Source: Parcubacteria group bacterium GW2011_GWA2_43_13 (GTDB lineage Bacteria; Patescibacteriota; Patescibacteriia; UBA9629; GWA2-43-13). Taken from it: a DNA stretch of 56,441 nt. Below the pieces are notes generated by a model. That model was given only the letters and a program-made list of their open reading frames with translations, searched no databases and was not told the origin of the DNA. Below, in pieces: positions 44,866 through 54,740 of this stretch (within the stretch, counting starts at the first letter, position 1; the number at the start of each line of letters is the position of its first letter). Made by a program: the position numbers and the translations under genes. The stretch spans positions 1 through 56,441 of the forward strand of contig LCFM01000009.1 of NCBI GenBank assembly GCA_000999025.1. The letters are read 5' to 3'.

Positions 44866-46875
44866 TTACAATGATAATGTCCGTTTTTTCATTTCAACGA
44901 TATACGCGATTAACGCATCCTTTTCCTGAACATCGCAATCAATACGAATCTTTGCGCCAAATTCGCTTCCGGATTTCACCTGCGGCACGGATTGCTTGCC
45001 GATTTGAAGTTCAACAACTTTCCCTTCTCCGATTTCCTCGCGGCCACGCATAACATGAATAAGCGCTTGCGGATCCAGCGTCCCTTCTTCAACCCGAGCG
45101 CCGATAATCACATCTTTCCCAACTTTTTTAAACAACGCGATAATCACCGCTTTTGCAACGATATGCTCAACCTCCTCCGGATCAAGCAATGCTTCCAATC
45201 GTTCTTTCACAAAATCAAGAAGCTCGTAAATAACAGAAAACTGATGCGGTTCTATCCTGTGCTCTAACGATGACAGCACTTCCTTCCCTGCCTGACTCAC
45301 AGTAACATTAAACCCTAACACATCAATGCCCATATCAGACGCTTGCTTGATATCACTTTCTGTAAAATCACCCAATCCCTGATGCACCACTTTCACCCGA
45401 ACGCTTGGATCATTCAACTTAGACAAAGAGGATATAATCGCCTCAAGCGAACCAATCACATCAGCTCGCAAAATCACCGGATATTCTTTTACAGGATGAT
45501 CCTCATCATCACTGTCTTTATCTTTTGAATGATGAATAGATGACGTATCTTCAATGCGGATCCGAAAATCGCGTTGTTTTTTTACATGTTTTAAACTCGC
45601 CACTTCTTCGCAAATATCGCCAACAGAAGCTGATGTTTTTAATCCGATAATTTTTACCGGCATAGAGGGAGGCGCTTCCACTACCCTCTCGCCGCGATAA
45701 TCAATCATGGATTTAATTTTCCCGTACGCATTGCCCACAACAATACTCGCGCCAATGCGTAATGTCCCGGTATGAACCAATATCGTTGCAACCGGCCCTT
45801 CGCCGCGATCAACACGCGCTTCCACAACAGTCCCGCAGGCAGGAGCAGTAGGATCGGCTTTTAACTCTTCAAGGTCAGCAACTAACAAAATTGTCTCCAA
45901 TAACTCCTCAACACCTGTTCTTTTCTTTGCAGACACTTGAGCGCACACAACTTTCCCGCCCCAATCTTCAGGTAATAAATTCAATTCAGTCAACTGTTGT
46001 TTAATGCGATCAATATCAGCCCCTTCTTTATCAACCTTATTGATGGCAACAACAAAAGGGATACCTGCTCGTTGAATAACACTCAACGATTCAAGCGTCT
46101 GTGGCATAATGCCGTCATCAGCCGCAACAACTAATACAGCAACGTCGGCAACCTGTCCGCCGCGCACGCGCATCATGGAAAACGCCTCATGCCCGGGAGT
46201 ATCAATAAAGGTAATCGGTCTGCCCTTGATTTGCACTTGATACGCGCCGATATGCTGAGTGATTCCGCCACTCTCGGTTGCCACAACATTGGTCTCCCGA
46301 ATAGCATCCAACAGCGTTGTTTTTCCATGATCAACATGTCCCATCACAACCACAACAGGAGGGCGAGTAATAAGATTTTCCTCTTTTTGAGATGAAAGCG
46401 CCTGCTCAAGTTTTTGCTTTTTCACATCTTCTGCCGTTGTTTCCGATCCAGTTAAATCACGATCCACAAAAAAACCAAGGTCTTCGGCAATAATCGCGGC
46501 AGTATCAAAGTCAATGCGTTCATTCAATGCCGCCATCACTCCGTTTTGCATGAGCACGGCAATGAGCTTTGTAACCGGCATTCCCAAACGAATGGCAAAA
46601 TTATCAACAGTAATAACACTTGGTAATTCCACTCTTTTCTGTTGAACCACGCCCTCTGCGCTCTCCTTTTGCTCCACGACACGCTTTTTCAATTCAGCAC
46701 GTTTGCGTTTCATTTCTTCACGCTCCATCAGCTTCCACGCTTCAACAACGCGCTGGGCTAAAATGTTGTCAATCTTAATCGCCCGCTTGCCAATATCAAA
46801 CCCCAACTCAGGGAGCTTTTCACGCAATGTATTCGGTGCGACGTTCAATCGCCGTGCAAGTTCGCTTATATTCAT
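44866..46875 (-). CDS. infB: Translation initiation factor IF-2
   Basis: The G-domain has [28 protein letters not shown] and NKVD. The start is trimmed to ATG 46875, after GAAAGGA. Confidence 0.9.
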   Translation of the reverse strand: MNISELARRLNVAPNTLREKLPELGFDIGKRAIKIDNILAQRVVEAWKLMEREEMKRKRAELKKRVVEQKESAEGVVQQKRVELPSVITVDNFAIRLGMPVTKLIAVLMQNGVMAALNERIDFDTAAIIAEDLGFFVDRDLTGSETTAEDVKKQKLEQALSSQKEENLITRPPVVVVMGHVDHGKTTLLDAIRETNVVATESGGITQHIGAYQVQIKGRPITFIDTPGHEAFSMMRVRGGQVADVAVLVVAADDGIMPQTLESLSVIQRAGIPFVVAINKVDKEGADIDRIKQQLTELNLLPEDWGGKVVCAQVSAKKRTGVEELLETILLVADLEELKADPTAPACGTVVEARVDRGEGPVATILVHTGTLRIGASIVVGNAYGKIKSMIDYRGERVVEAPPSMPVKIIGLKTSASVGDICEEVASLKHVKKQRDFRIRIEDTSSIHHSKDKDSDDEDHPVKEYPVILRADVIGSLEAIISSLSKLNDPSVRVKVVHQGLGDFTESDIKQASDMGIDVLGFNVTVSQAGKEVLSSLEHRIEPHQFSVIYELLDFVKERLEALLDPEEVEHIVAKAVIIALFKKVGKDVIIGARVEEGTLDPQALIHVMRGREEIGEGKVVELQIGKQSVPQVKSGSEFGAKIRIDCDVQEKDALIAYIVEMKKRTLSL

Positions 46876-47005
46876 AAAACAGATCCTTTCAAACCTACTA
46901 AAATTTTGCTTATTCGTCAACTTTTCTCATACATTACGCATCAATGTTTGACCTCTTGGCCCGACTCCATTACACTATAATGTTTCTAAATTAGTCCCAT
47001 GCTCT

Positions 47006-48139
47006 ATGATCCCCTCATCACTTCAACCGGTTTTTGATCTTATTGAAAAAAGTTCATCCATCCTTATCACAACAAAGCACTATGCTAACACTGATGGCAT
47101 AGCGTCAGCGCTTGTTATGGCGCGCATCTGCCGATCGTTAGGGAAACAGGCCGATGTTATTACTTACGCAAATACCGATGCATATCAGTTCTTGCCTGAT
47201 ATCTCAATGATTACCCGCGCGTTTACAGGAGCGCGGCAGTGCCTTATTACGGTCAACCTTTCAGGAGCGGGGTTGGCAGAAGCAGAACATTACCAAGAAG
47301 GAGAAACTGTCACCCTTTCAATTCTTCCCATGGCCGGAAGCGTTGATGAAAAAAATATTACGATCACGCAAGGAAAATTTCTCTATGACGCGATTATGGC
47401 GCTCGATTCTCCTGACCTCGACTCTTTGGGACTGCTGTATCAAGAACATCCTCAATTTTTTCTTTCAACTCCCATTATCAATATTGACCACTCCGCGTCC
47501 AATGAACAGTTTGGCAAAATCAATATCATTGACCTAACAGCAACCTCAACATGCGAAATGCTAACAAACATTATTGAAGATCATTACAAAAATATATTAA
47601 ATAATGATACGGCCACGCTCTTATTATCAGGCGTTATAGAAGAAACCGATAGTTTCAAACGAGCCGTTGTTACTCCCAAATCTCTCACCATCGCAAGTAA
47701 TCTTATTGCCGTAGGCGCAAAACGCGAAGATATTGTAGCCGGTCTGTTCCAAAACAAATCACTCTCGGTATTAAAATTGTGGGGCCGCGCGCTTGCCAGA
47801 ATCAAATGCGATGATCACACCAATATATACTGGTCGCTTCTTGCAAAAAATGATTTTGAAAAAACGGAAAGTTCAGAAGAAGATATTGACGGCGTGATGA
47901 AAGAATTTCTTTCCCACACTCCTCGCGCGTCGCTGATTGTACTGCTATACGAAAAAGGATCAAAAGAAATCGGCATCCGATGCAGAGCGAATACACCTAT
48001 TGATCTTCTGAAAACATTATCATCCATAACTCCTAACGGATCGCATGAAAACATCACAGCCGTTATGAAAGGCGAGGATATCTTAACAGCAGAACGAATA
48101 GTGCTTGAGCAGTTGAACGGCACGCTATCGCAAGCATAA
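47006..48139 (+). CDS. DHH-family phosphoesterase paralogue with degenerate motifs
   Basis: It has DHH-like architecture, but the DHH box reads NIDHSASN and I found no GGGH box. Confidence 0.65.
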   Translation: MIPSSLQPVFDLIEKSSSILITTKHYANTDGIASALVMARICRSLGKQADVITYANTDAYQFLPDISMITRAFTGARQCLITVNLSGAGLAEAEHYQEGETVTLSILPMAGSVDEKNITITQGKFLYDAIMALDSPDLDSLGLLYQEHPQFFLSTPIINIDHSASNEQFGKINIIDLTATSTCEMLTNIIEDHYKNILNNDTATLLLSGVIEETDSFKRAVVTPKSLTIASNLIAVGAKREDIVAGLFQNKSLSVLKLWGRALARIKCDDHTNIYWSLLAKNDFEKTESSEEDIDGVMKEFLSHTPRASLIVLLYEKGSKEIGIRCRANTPIDLLKTLSSITPNGSHENITAVMKGEDILTAERIVLEQLNGTLSQA

Positions 48140-48195
48140 ACATACACACATATTCTTCACACAAAAAATCCGCCCCAAGCGAGGTGGATTTTTAA

Positions 48196-48269
48196 TGGGC
48201 GCGACAGGAATCGAACCTGTGACCTTCACAATGTCAATGTGACGCTCTAACCAACTGAGCTACGCGCCC
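48196..48269 (-). tRNA. tRNA-Val (GAC)
   Basis: Cloverleaf with acceptor GGGCGCG/CGCGCCC, anticodon stem TCACA/TGTGA and loop TTGACAT. Confidence 0.85.
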
Positions 48270-48289
48270 TCTGTTCAAACAACCCCATG

Positions 48290-48361
48290 TGCGCCTGCTT
48301 GGATTTGAACCAAGGACCCTCTGTGTATAAGACAGGTGCTCTACCGCTGAGCTACAGGCGC
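48290..48361 (-). tRNA. tRNA-Ile (TAT)
   Basis: Cloverleaf with acceptor GCGCCTG/CAGGCGC, D-arm GCTC-AGCGGTA-GAGC, anticodon loop CTTATAC (34-36 = TAT) and T-arm CTTGG-TTCAAAT-CCAAG. There is one C.A mismatch at 27:43. Confidence 0.7.
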
Positions 48362-48455
48362 ATGACATCATTAAAACATCCATACTATACTATACAAACA
48401 AGGGGAAAAGCAATGTCTTTATCTTTTTCCAAAAATATGCTTTTCTTGAAGTGAT

Positions 48456-48761
48456 ATGACAAAAAAATTCACCCGTACAATCGAAAATTTCACATGCCAA
48501 CAGTGCAAAACGCATGTTACAGGCAACGGCTACACAAACCATTGCCCGCACTGCCTGTGGAGCAAACACGTTGATATCAACCCAGGCGACCGCGCTCATT
48601 CATGCACAGGATTGATGGAACCGATACAAATAAACATACAATCAAACGAAACCATTATTACCCATCAATGCACAAAATGCGGTACAATAAAAAAAAACAA
48701 GAATCATGAGTCAGACAGCACGTCAGCCATTCTTGCCATGATGAAAAAAAGTCATATATAA
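48456..48761 (+). CDS. RNHCP-domain zinc-ribbon protein
   Basis: FTCQQCKTHV....YTNHCPHCLWSKHVD....CTKCG. Confidence 0.7.
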   Translation: MTKKFTRTIENFTCQQCKTHVTGNGYTNHCPHCLWSKHVDINPGDRAHSCTGLMEPIQINIQSNETIITHQCTKCGTIKKNKNHESDSTSAILAMMKKSHI

Positions 48762-48774
48762 CTGACAGATCGCT

Positions 48775-50346
48775 ATGAGAGAACACGAAAGAACCGACCC
48801 AACTATGATATCGCCAGAATTACAGAATCTTAAAAATTTTTTCACAGAAAAAAAAGATGTGAATTTTTGGCGCGTGGCAACGCTTCTTCAAACCCTATTT
48901 CCTGAAGGGGAAGTGTACCTTGTCGGCGGTATGACCAGAGATCTCGCGCGAGATATGCCAAGCCATGATTATGATTTCGTTATCCGCAATATTGCTCCGC
49001 ATGACGTTGAACGCCAATTGCGAACAGCCGGCTCTGTTGAATTAGTTGGAAAAACATTCGGAGTGTTTAAATGGAAACCCCAAGGATGGGAAACCCATAT
49101 TGACGTCGCACTGCCGAGAACTGATCACGCGCTTGGCACTGGCGGGTATAAAGATGTAGAAGTACAATCAGATCCAACTATCCATATTCATCAAGACCTT
49201 GAACGCCGGGACTTTACCATCAATGCGATTGCAGTGCGGCTGAATGACGGCGAGGTGTTTGACCCCTTTGACGGAATACAAGATATTGCGCAAAAAACCA
49301 TTCGCGCGGTTGGGAATCCGGAACAACGATTTCAAGAAGATTATTCCCGCATACTGCGATGCCTGCGTTTTGTGTGCCAATTAGGATACACGATTGAAGA
49401 AACCACATCACAAACAGTTGAACTCCTTATTCCGCGCATCAATGATCAACTCACTGACGGGAATTGGCTCGTACCGCGAGAACTTGTTGCAAAAGAAATG
49501 ATCAAAGCGTTTATCTCTAATCCAACACAAGCATTAGATATCTACAACACCTATCATGCGCTCCCGCTTCTTCTCCCAGGCATCGAAGAAATGAAAACCT
49601 GTCCTCAACCAAAAAACTGGCATGCTGAAGGTGATGTGTACACGCATACTCGGCTCGCGCTCTCGCTTCTTTCTTCTCCTGAATTTGAACGTGAATGTGG
49701 AGAATCGTATCAATCGCTCAAAACGCATAATCCGCGCCAAGCCGCGCTTATTGTGTTTGGCACGCTCTTCCATGATATTGGGAAACCGCAAACCATTGAA
49801 ACGCCGGAACACAACGGCACTGACAGAATTCGATTTAATAACCATGACAGCGTAGGAGCAATGATGACGGCAAATCTGTGCGATCACCTTGCATTATCAT
49901 CTCCTGAAGAGGTCGGCATCGACTGTGGGAACCTTGCATGGATTGTGCGGTATCACATGGTGCACGCCATGGGCGATATCTCTGAAATGAAAAACACGAC
50001 ATTAGAAAAATATTTTTTCAATCCCAATGTCCCTGGCGACGCGATGCTTAAAGTAATGTGGCTTGACGCATCCGCAACAATAGAACAAGAAGGAAACAAA
50101 CCTGCCATAACCGGATACACAGCGCTCAACAAACGCCTTGCTCAAGTAAAAACCCTTGTTGATGAACGCAATCGCTTGCCCGCGCCACTTGTGAATGGCA
50201 ACGAAATCATGGATATACTCCATATCCCTGCCGGCCCGGCATTGGGAATCATTATTGACGCACTGCGCGAAGAACAACTCAAAGGAACTATTTCAACCAA
50301 AGAACAAGCTCTTGAATATCTTAAAAACAACCATGAAACAATCTAA
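48775..50346 (+). CDS. cca: CCA-adding enzyme / tRNA nucleotidyltransferase with a C-terminal HD domain
   Basis: VYLVGGMTRDLA...DYDF and RRDFTINAIA form the Pol-beta NTase head. The HD motif is LFHDIGKP. The start may instead be Met11 (48805). Confidence 0.85.
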   Translation: MREHERTDPTMISPELQNLKNFFTEKKDVNFWRVATLLQTLFPEGEVYLVGGMTRDLARDMPSHDYDFVIRNIAPHDVERQLRTAGSVELVGKTFGVFKWKPQGWETHIDVALPRTDHALGTGGYKDVEVQSDPTIHIHQDLERRDFTINAIAVRLNDGEVFDPFDGIQDIAQKTIRAVGNPEQRFQEDYSRILRCLRFVCQLGYTIEETTSQTVELLIPRINDQLTDGNWLVPRELVAKEMIKAFISNPTQALDIYNTYHALPLLLPGIEEMKTCPQPKNWHAEGDVYTHTRLALSLLSSPEFERECGESYQSLKTHNPRQAALIVFGTLFHDIGKPQTIETPEHNGTDRIRFNNHDSVGAMMTANLCDHLALSSPEEVGIDCGNLAWIVRYHMVHAMGDISEMKNTTLEKYFFNPNVPGDAMLKVMWLDASATIEQEGNKPAITGYTALNKRLAQVKTLVDERNRLPAPLVNGNEIMDILHIPAGPALGIIIDALREEQLKGTISTKEQALEYLKNNHETI

Positions 50347-51259
50347 CATCACAACCTATCAGGTTCCCCAAAACCTCAATAATGCGCGCATTGACACCGC
50401 ACTCGCAACGCTCGATCCGTCGCGCACACGTTCAGTATGGCAAAAAGAAATCAACGCTGGTCGCGTTATGGTAGATGATAAACTCGCGAAAAAAAATCAC
50501 CGTGTGTTTGAACATGATTGCATACGCATAATGCCTCAACCACAGCCCATACCAGCACCCGCTCCACCTGACGTTAACACTATTTTTGTATGCGACGATT
50601 ATATTATCATTGATAAACCATCAGGTACGGTTGTTCACCCGGACAGTATTCACCCGCAAGGCACAACGCTTATTGATAGTGTTATAAAAACATTCCCAGA
50701 TATTCAAACTATTGATCCTCAATCAAATAGGCCCGGTATTGTGCACCGATTGGATCGCGATGTTTCAGGCGTCATGGTGATTGCCCGAACTCGCACTATG
50801 TTTGATTCTTTAAAGCAACAATTCCAATATCATTCGATAAAAAAAGAATATCTCGCTTTGGCATATGGCATTCTGTCTCAACCTGAAGGAGAAATTACAT
50901 TCTCGATCGCACGATCAAAAACAACAGGAAAAATGAGCGCACGACCGCAAGGCGATCCTCATGCACGCATCGCAAAAACACACTACAGCGTTATTCAGCA
51001 ATTCCCACCAAAATATTCGCTCCTTGCCATACACATTCTTACAGGCAGAACGCACCAAATTCGCATTCATCTTCATGCGTTAGGGCATTCGATTGTAGGC
51101 GACACACTGTATCGTCAAAAAAAATTCACCCCGCCGGCAAATCTTAATAGAATATTCCTCCACTCGCATGTATTAGGATTCAATGACAGTAAAAACACCT
51201 ATCAAGAATATAACTCCCCACCCCCCCCCGACCTTGAACAATTTCTCAATACCCTCTAA
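50333..51259 (+). CDS. RluA/RluD-family pseudouridine synthase
   Basis: An S4-like N-terminus (RIDTALA....) is followed by the catalytic motif HRLDRDVSGVMVIART and by GRTHQIRIHL. The start is trimmed to ATG 50333, which overlaps the end of cca. Confidence 0.85.
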   Translation: MKQSNITTYQVPQNLNNARIDTALATLDPSRTRSVWQKEINAGRVMVDDKLAKKNHRVFEHDCIRIMPQPQPIPAPAPPDVNTIFVCDDYIIIDKPSGTVVHPDSIHPQGTTLIDSVIKTFPDIQTIDPQSNRPGIVHRLDRDVSGVMVIARTRTMFDSLKQQFQYHSIKKEYLALAYGILSQPEGEITFSIARSKTTGKMSARPQGDPHARIAKTHYSVIQQFPPKYSLLAIHILTGRTHQIRIHLHALGHSIVGDTLYRQKKFTPPANLNRIFLHSHVLGFNDSKNTYQEYNSPPPPDLEQFLNTL

Positions 51260-51357
51260 TCTACGTATACTCTTACGTTTTGTCCGCCTCCTCCAGTCGG
51301 CGGATGGCGGATTCGACTTTCGGATTTCGTGCTTCAGATTTTGTATTTTAATTATCT

Positions 51358-51927
51358 ATGGCCCATATATTTGTCATATCAGGTCCATCGCGGTCAGGAA
51401 AAAACACCATCGCAAAAGAATTACTAAAAGACAGAACATTGAACTTGGCACAAGCCATCACCTGCACCACGCGCCCTCCTCGTGAAAACGAAAAAAATGG
51501 GGTTGATTATTACTTTTTAAGTTCTTCGCAATTTCAAGAAATGATAGACAATGATGGATTTATTGAATGGGCTCATGTCCATGATCATATATATGGCACA
51601 AGCAAACAGGAATTCGCCCATTTATTGGAATCAGGCAAAAATGTACTTCTTGTGATTGACGTGCAAGGCGCGCACAATATTAAAAAATCATATTCAGAAG
51701 CAACGATTATTTTTATCAAGCCCTTGCATGCGCAAGAGCTGGAAAAAAGAATGCAAAAGAATGGCTTTTCCGAAAAAGATATTGAATTGCGCATGCAAAC
51801 CGCACAACAGGAATTAGCACAAGAGCCACATTTTGACGCAGTAGTTGTTAATGCCGAAGGCGCGCTCTCAAGCGCAGTAAAAAGCGCAAAAACGATTATT
51901 TCCGAAACGCTTCTAATGCTTGACTAA
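51358..51927 (+). CDS. gmk: Guanylate kinase
   Basis: ISGPSRSGKNTI (P-loop) and TTRPPRENEKNGVDYYF. Confidence 0.9.
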   Translation: MAHIFVISGPSRSGKNTIAKELLKDRTLNLAQAITCTTRPPRENEKNGVDYYFLSSSQFQEMIDNDGFIEWAHVHDHIYGTSKQEFAHLLESGKNVLLVIDVQGAHNIKKSYSEATIIFIKPLHAQELEKRMQKNGFSEKDIELRMQTAQQELAQEPHFDAVVVNAEGALSSAVKSAKTIISETLLMLD

Positions 51928-51982
51928 AAATGGTTTTCTTGATATCCTATCGCAGTATTTATATAAATGTATCTTAATTTCT

Positions 51983-52573
51983 ATGGCAGACGAAGATATC
52001 CAAAAAACAGATGAAACGAGTAGAGAAGAGCCGACGGTACCTGATTCATTACCAGAGGAACAGCCGCAGTCCGATCCTGTTGATGAGCAACCAAAAACAG
52101 AGCCATCAGATGAGGATCCTATGGAAGAAGTGCCTATTGTTTCTCAAGAACCGGAAGCACAGGCCACTCAAGATAGTATTCCTGATACAGAAACCGATAA
52201 TCAGCCGACTGAAATAACAGCAACACTGACTCGAGCTGAACAATTCTCCCAAATTACGTCTGGCACGACTGTTCGTGTTCATCAAAAAATTAAAGATGTA
52301 AACTCAAAAGGAGAAGAGAAAGAGCGTATTCAAGTATTTGAAGGCATGGTTTTGGCGCACAAGCATGGCACTGAAGCAGGGGCGTCTATTACCGTTCGCA
52401 AGGTTACAAACGGAGTAGGAGTTGAAAAAATATTCCCGTTAAACCTTCCTTCTATTGAAAAAATCGACATTGTAAAGCAAGCTCGCATACGTCAATCACG
52501 TCCATACTTTTTGAGAAACTATAAAAAACGCTTAAAAGAAAAACGCATTGATACGACACTGACTCCTGCATAA
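51983..52573 (+). CDS. rplS: Ribosomal protein L19 with an ~85-aa acidic N-terminal extension
   Basis: The C-terminal two-thirds are canonical L19: GTTVRVHQKI...KERIQVFEGMVLA...ITVRKV.NGVGVEKIFPLN.PSIEKIDIV. The N-terminus is rich in E, D, P and Q. Confidence 0.85.
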   Translation: MADEDIQKTDETSREEPTVPDSLPEEQPQSDPVDEQPKTEPSDEDPMEEVPIVSQEPEAQATQDSIPDTETDNQPTEITATLTRAEQFSQITSGTTVRVHQKIKDVNSKGEEKERIQVFEGMVLAHKHGTEAGASITVRKVTNGVGVEKIFPLNLPSIEKIDIVKQARIRQSRPYFLRNYKKRLKEKRIDTTLTPA

Positions 52574-52583
52574 TAGTACGCAA

Positions 52584-52620
52584 GAAAAATGGTTCTCTCA
52601 CTTGCAGAGAGCCATTTTTC
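52584..52620. terminator. Bidirectional-looking rho-independent terminator after rplS
   Basis: GAAAAATGGTTCTCT-CACTTGC-AGAGAGCCATTTTTC. Confidence 0.65.
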
Positions 52621-52781
52621 ATGTAAAATAAGGATAGTGCGATGTGGGAAGCGCTCACATCACGAAAAACAAAATAAAATGCCACAGCATTTTATTTTGA
52701 GAGGAGGAATGTACGGAAGCTGAAGTGTTCAATCCGCCGAAGCGAATTGGACACGAAAGCTGAAGTACCATTCCGACGAGA

Positions 52782-52866
52782 GCCCAGGTGGCGGAATTTG
52801 GTATACGCGCCAGCTTGAGGTGCTGGTTCCCGCAAGGGATTGGAGGTTCGAGTCCTCTCCTGGGCA
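52782..52866 (+). tRNA. tRNA-Leu (GAG)
   Basis: 85 nt with acceptor GCCCAGG/CCTGGGC, anticodon stem CCAGC/GCTGG, loop TTGAGGT and a long variable arm. Confidence 0.85.
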
Positions 52867-52875
52867 GATAGTCAT

Positions 52876-52966
52876 CCCCTCTCCTTATAAAGGAGAGTGT
52901 CACTTTTTCTCCTCTCCTTTATAAGGAGACCGCCACTTTTCTCCCTCTCCTTTATAAGGAGAGTGT
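52876..52966. repeat. Three tandem ~33-nt units, each carrying the palindrome CTCTCCTTTATAAGGAGAG
   Basis: The palindromes lie at 52879-52897, 52913-52929 and 52945-52963, between tRNA-Leu and tRNA-Val. Confidence 0.8.
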
Positions 52967-52983
52967 AGGGTGAGGTTGAGTAA

Positions 52984-53057
52984 GGACAATTAGCTCAGCT
53001 GGTTAGAGCGCCTCGTTTACACCGAGGAGGTCGTAGGTTCGATCCCTACATTGTCCA
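52984..53057 (+). tRNA. tRNA-Val (TAC)
   Basis: Cloverleaf with acceptor GGACAAT/ATTGTCC and anticodon loop TTTACAC. The 3' CCA is genome-encoded (53058-53060), unlike the other tRNAs here. Confidence 0.85.
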
Positions 53058-53090
53058 CCAAATGAAATCTTATATATCAATATAAACACT

Positions 53091-53351
53091 ATGCTTGCAA
53101 ATATTTTTTGGGGACTTGTTGTCCTTGCAATAGGATTTTTACTTTCATGGAAAACAGAATGGTTTGTATCTAATTTTGGCAGAATGGCATGGGCGGAAAA
53201 ATATCTTGGAACCGAAGGTGGCACCCGGCTGGCGACAAAATTCATCGGCTTTCTTGCTATCTTTATAGGGCTCTTGTTAATTACTGGTTTATTTGATAAT
53301 TTCATGAACTGGGCGCTTGGATTCATTTTCCCGCAAGCGCGGAATCAGTAA
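53091..53351 (+). CDS. Small membrane protein (86 aa, 2-3 TM helices)
   Basis: The ORF has hydrophobic segments LANIFWGLVVLAIGFLL and FIGFLAIFIGLLLITGLF. Confidence 0.45.
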   Translation: MLANIFWGLVVLAIGFLLSWKTEWFVSNFGRMAWAEKYLGTEGGTRLATKFIGFLAIFIGLLLITGLFDNFMNWALGFIFPQARNQ

Positions 53352-53366
53352 TATTTTCTTCTGTTT

Positions 53367-53439
53367 GGGCCTGTAGTTCACCCGGTAGAACGCCGCATTT
53401 GCAATGCGGAGGTAAGCGGTTCGAGTCCGCTCAGGTCCA
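53367..53439 (+). tRNA. tRNA-Ala (TGC)
   Basis: Cloverleaf with anticodon loop TTTGCAA and the G3:U70 Ala identity pair. Confidence 0.85.
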
Positions 53440-53506
53440 AAGAGATGAAATACACCCCTCTCCTCCGTGCCTCAAGCGCGTTTTGTTGTAACACTATCTA
53501 TTGTCT

Positions 53507-53580
53507 GGGCTTGTAGCTCAGTTGGCTAGAGCGCTGCATTCGCATTGCAGAGGTCAGGGGTTCGACTCCCCTCAAGTCCA
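53507..53580 (+). tRNA. tRNA-Ala (CGC)
   Basis: Cloverleaf with anticodon loop TTCGCAT and G3:U70 present. Confidence 0.85.
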
Positions 53581-53617
53581 TATCAAAAAATGCATCATGA
53601 TGATGCGTTTTTTGATA
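53581..53617. terminator. Strong hairpin terminator after the tRNA-Ala cluster
   Basis: TATCAAAAAATGCATCAT-GA-TGATGCGTTTTTTGATA. Confidence 0.65.
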
Positions 53618-53791
53618 TGGGATATTCTAAACTTTGCGCGAAATTTCTTTGAACGAAACTGACGCTCCGCCCCGCCCTCGCTTCCGACGGTGATTTTTTC
53701 GGCGGGCTTTTCATTCTTTTCCTTGTCCCGCCCTCCCGACGCGGAAAAGGTTAAGGAACTCCCTTTTTTCTTTACTATTTCCAAATATTTT

Positions 53792-53856
53792 GGTAATATT
53801 ATATTGTGGTTGCGAAGTTTAAGCATAAGTTAATTATACCACAATTTAATATTACT
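53792..53856. promoter_or_regulatory. 19-nt inverted repeat pair upstream of the C-protein gene (candidate C-box/operator)
   Basis: GGTAATATTATATTGTGGT (53792-53810) matches ACCACAATTTAATATTACT (53838-53856) at 17 of 19 positions. The pair ends 9 nt before ATG 53865. Confidence 0.4.
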
Positions 53857-53864
53857 ATTCAAAT

Positions 53865-54056
53865 ATGGTAGAGTCAAACAAAATAAAGCGGTTGAGAGAA
53901 AAACTAGGTTTATCGCAGGAAAAACTAGCCCGGCTTGCCGATGTGTCCAATAATACGATAATCAACATTGAAGCGGGCAAACAACAAAACCCGACTGTTG
54001 ATACAATCAAGAAAATCGCAAAAGCGTGGCGATTGGTCAGTGAAGGGTTTTATTGA
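53865..54056 (+). CDS. XRE-family HTH protein (likely R-M controller C protein)
   Basis: IKRLREKLGLSQEKLARLADVSNNTIINIEAGKQQNPTVDTIKKIAKA is an HTH_3 pattern. It is the first gene of the R-M cassette. Confidence 0.75.
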   Translation: MVESNKIKRLREKLGLSQEKLARLADVSNNTIINIEAGKQQNPTVDTIKKIAKAWRLVSEGFY

Positions 54057-54738
54057 TATAGCAAAAAATATCTACACTATTTCGGTTGATACAAAAGTTG
54101 TTTCAAAAATAATCGAGTTGATGATGTTTCCTGTCATTCAGAAATTTGCGAAAGAGAATAGCTACGAAATGATTTTTTCTGCGGAGCAAAATCATTATCC
54201 CGATGTTACTTTTGTCACGAAAGATAAAAAGAAAATTGCTCTTGACCTAAAAAGCACTTACAGAAAAAATCATGAGGCAATTTCAGGTTTTACGCTCGGA
54301 GCTTTTACTGGATATTTTCGTTATAGGGATTCAAAGAAAAATATCACCTTTCCATACAAAGAATATGACAAACATTATATTCTTGGCATTATTTATACCC
54401 AACAGGAAGAACTAATAGACGAAAACAAAGTTTATACCATTGATGATTTGGAGGACATTTTGTCGGTGGTAAAGGATTTCGATTTCATCGTTCAAGAAAA
54501 ATACAGAATTGCCAAAGATCGGCCCGGAAGCGGAAACACAAAAAATATCGGCTCCTGCGTAAAAATGGATGAATTGAGAGAAGGAACGGGGCCATTTTCT
54601 ACGCTGGGAGTTAAGGTGTTCGACGACTACTGGATAAATTATATGACACTAGAAATGGCACGAAGTGCAAAACTGAAACGACCGCCATATTCAAACCTCA
54701 AAGATTATTTGAAATATCGCAACATAAAAAATCTTTAA
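53968..54738 (+). CDS. Type II restriction endonuclease, EcoRV family
   Basis: EQNHYPDVTF, KIALDLKSTY and PGSGNTKNIGS match EcoRV QQNHYPDFTL, KIAIDIKTTY and AGSGNTTNIGS as I remember them. The start is uncertain: ATG 53968 overlaps the C gene by 89 nt, and GTG 54040 is the alternative. Confidence 0.8.
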   Translation: MKRANNKTRLLIQSRKSQKRGDWSVKGFIDIAKNIYTISVDTKVVSKIIELMMFPVIQKFAKENSYEMIFSAEQNHYPDVTFVTKDKKKIALDLKSTYRKNHEAISGFTLGAFTGYFRYRDSKKNITFPYKEYDKHYILGIIYTQQEELIDENKVYTIDDLEDILSVVKDFDFIVQEKYRIAKDRPGSGNTKNIGSCVKMDELREGTGPFSTLGVKVFDDYWINYMTLEMARSAKLKRPPYSNLKDYLKYRNIKNL

Positions 54739-54740
54739 CT

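Noticed and set aside
52876-52966. A possible mini-CRISPR array: three regularly spaced palindromic repeats.
   Set aside because: The period is only ~33 nt, and the 'spacers' are 10-14 nt and similar to each other. There are no cas genes. It is a tandem palindromic repeat.
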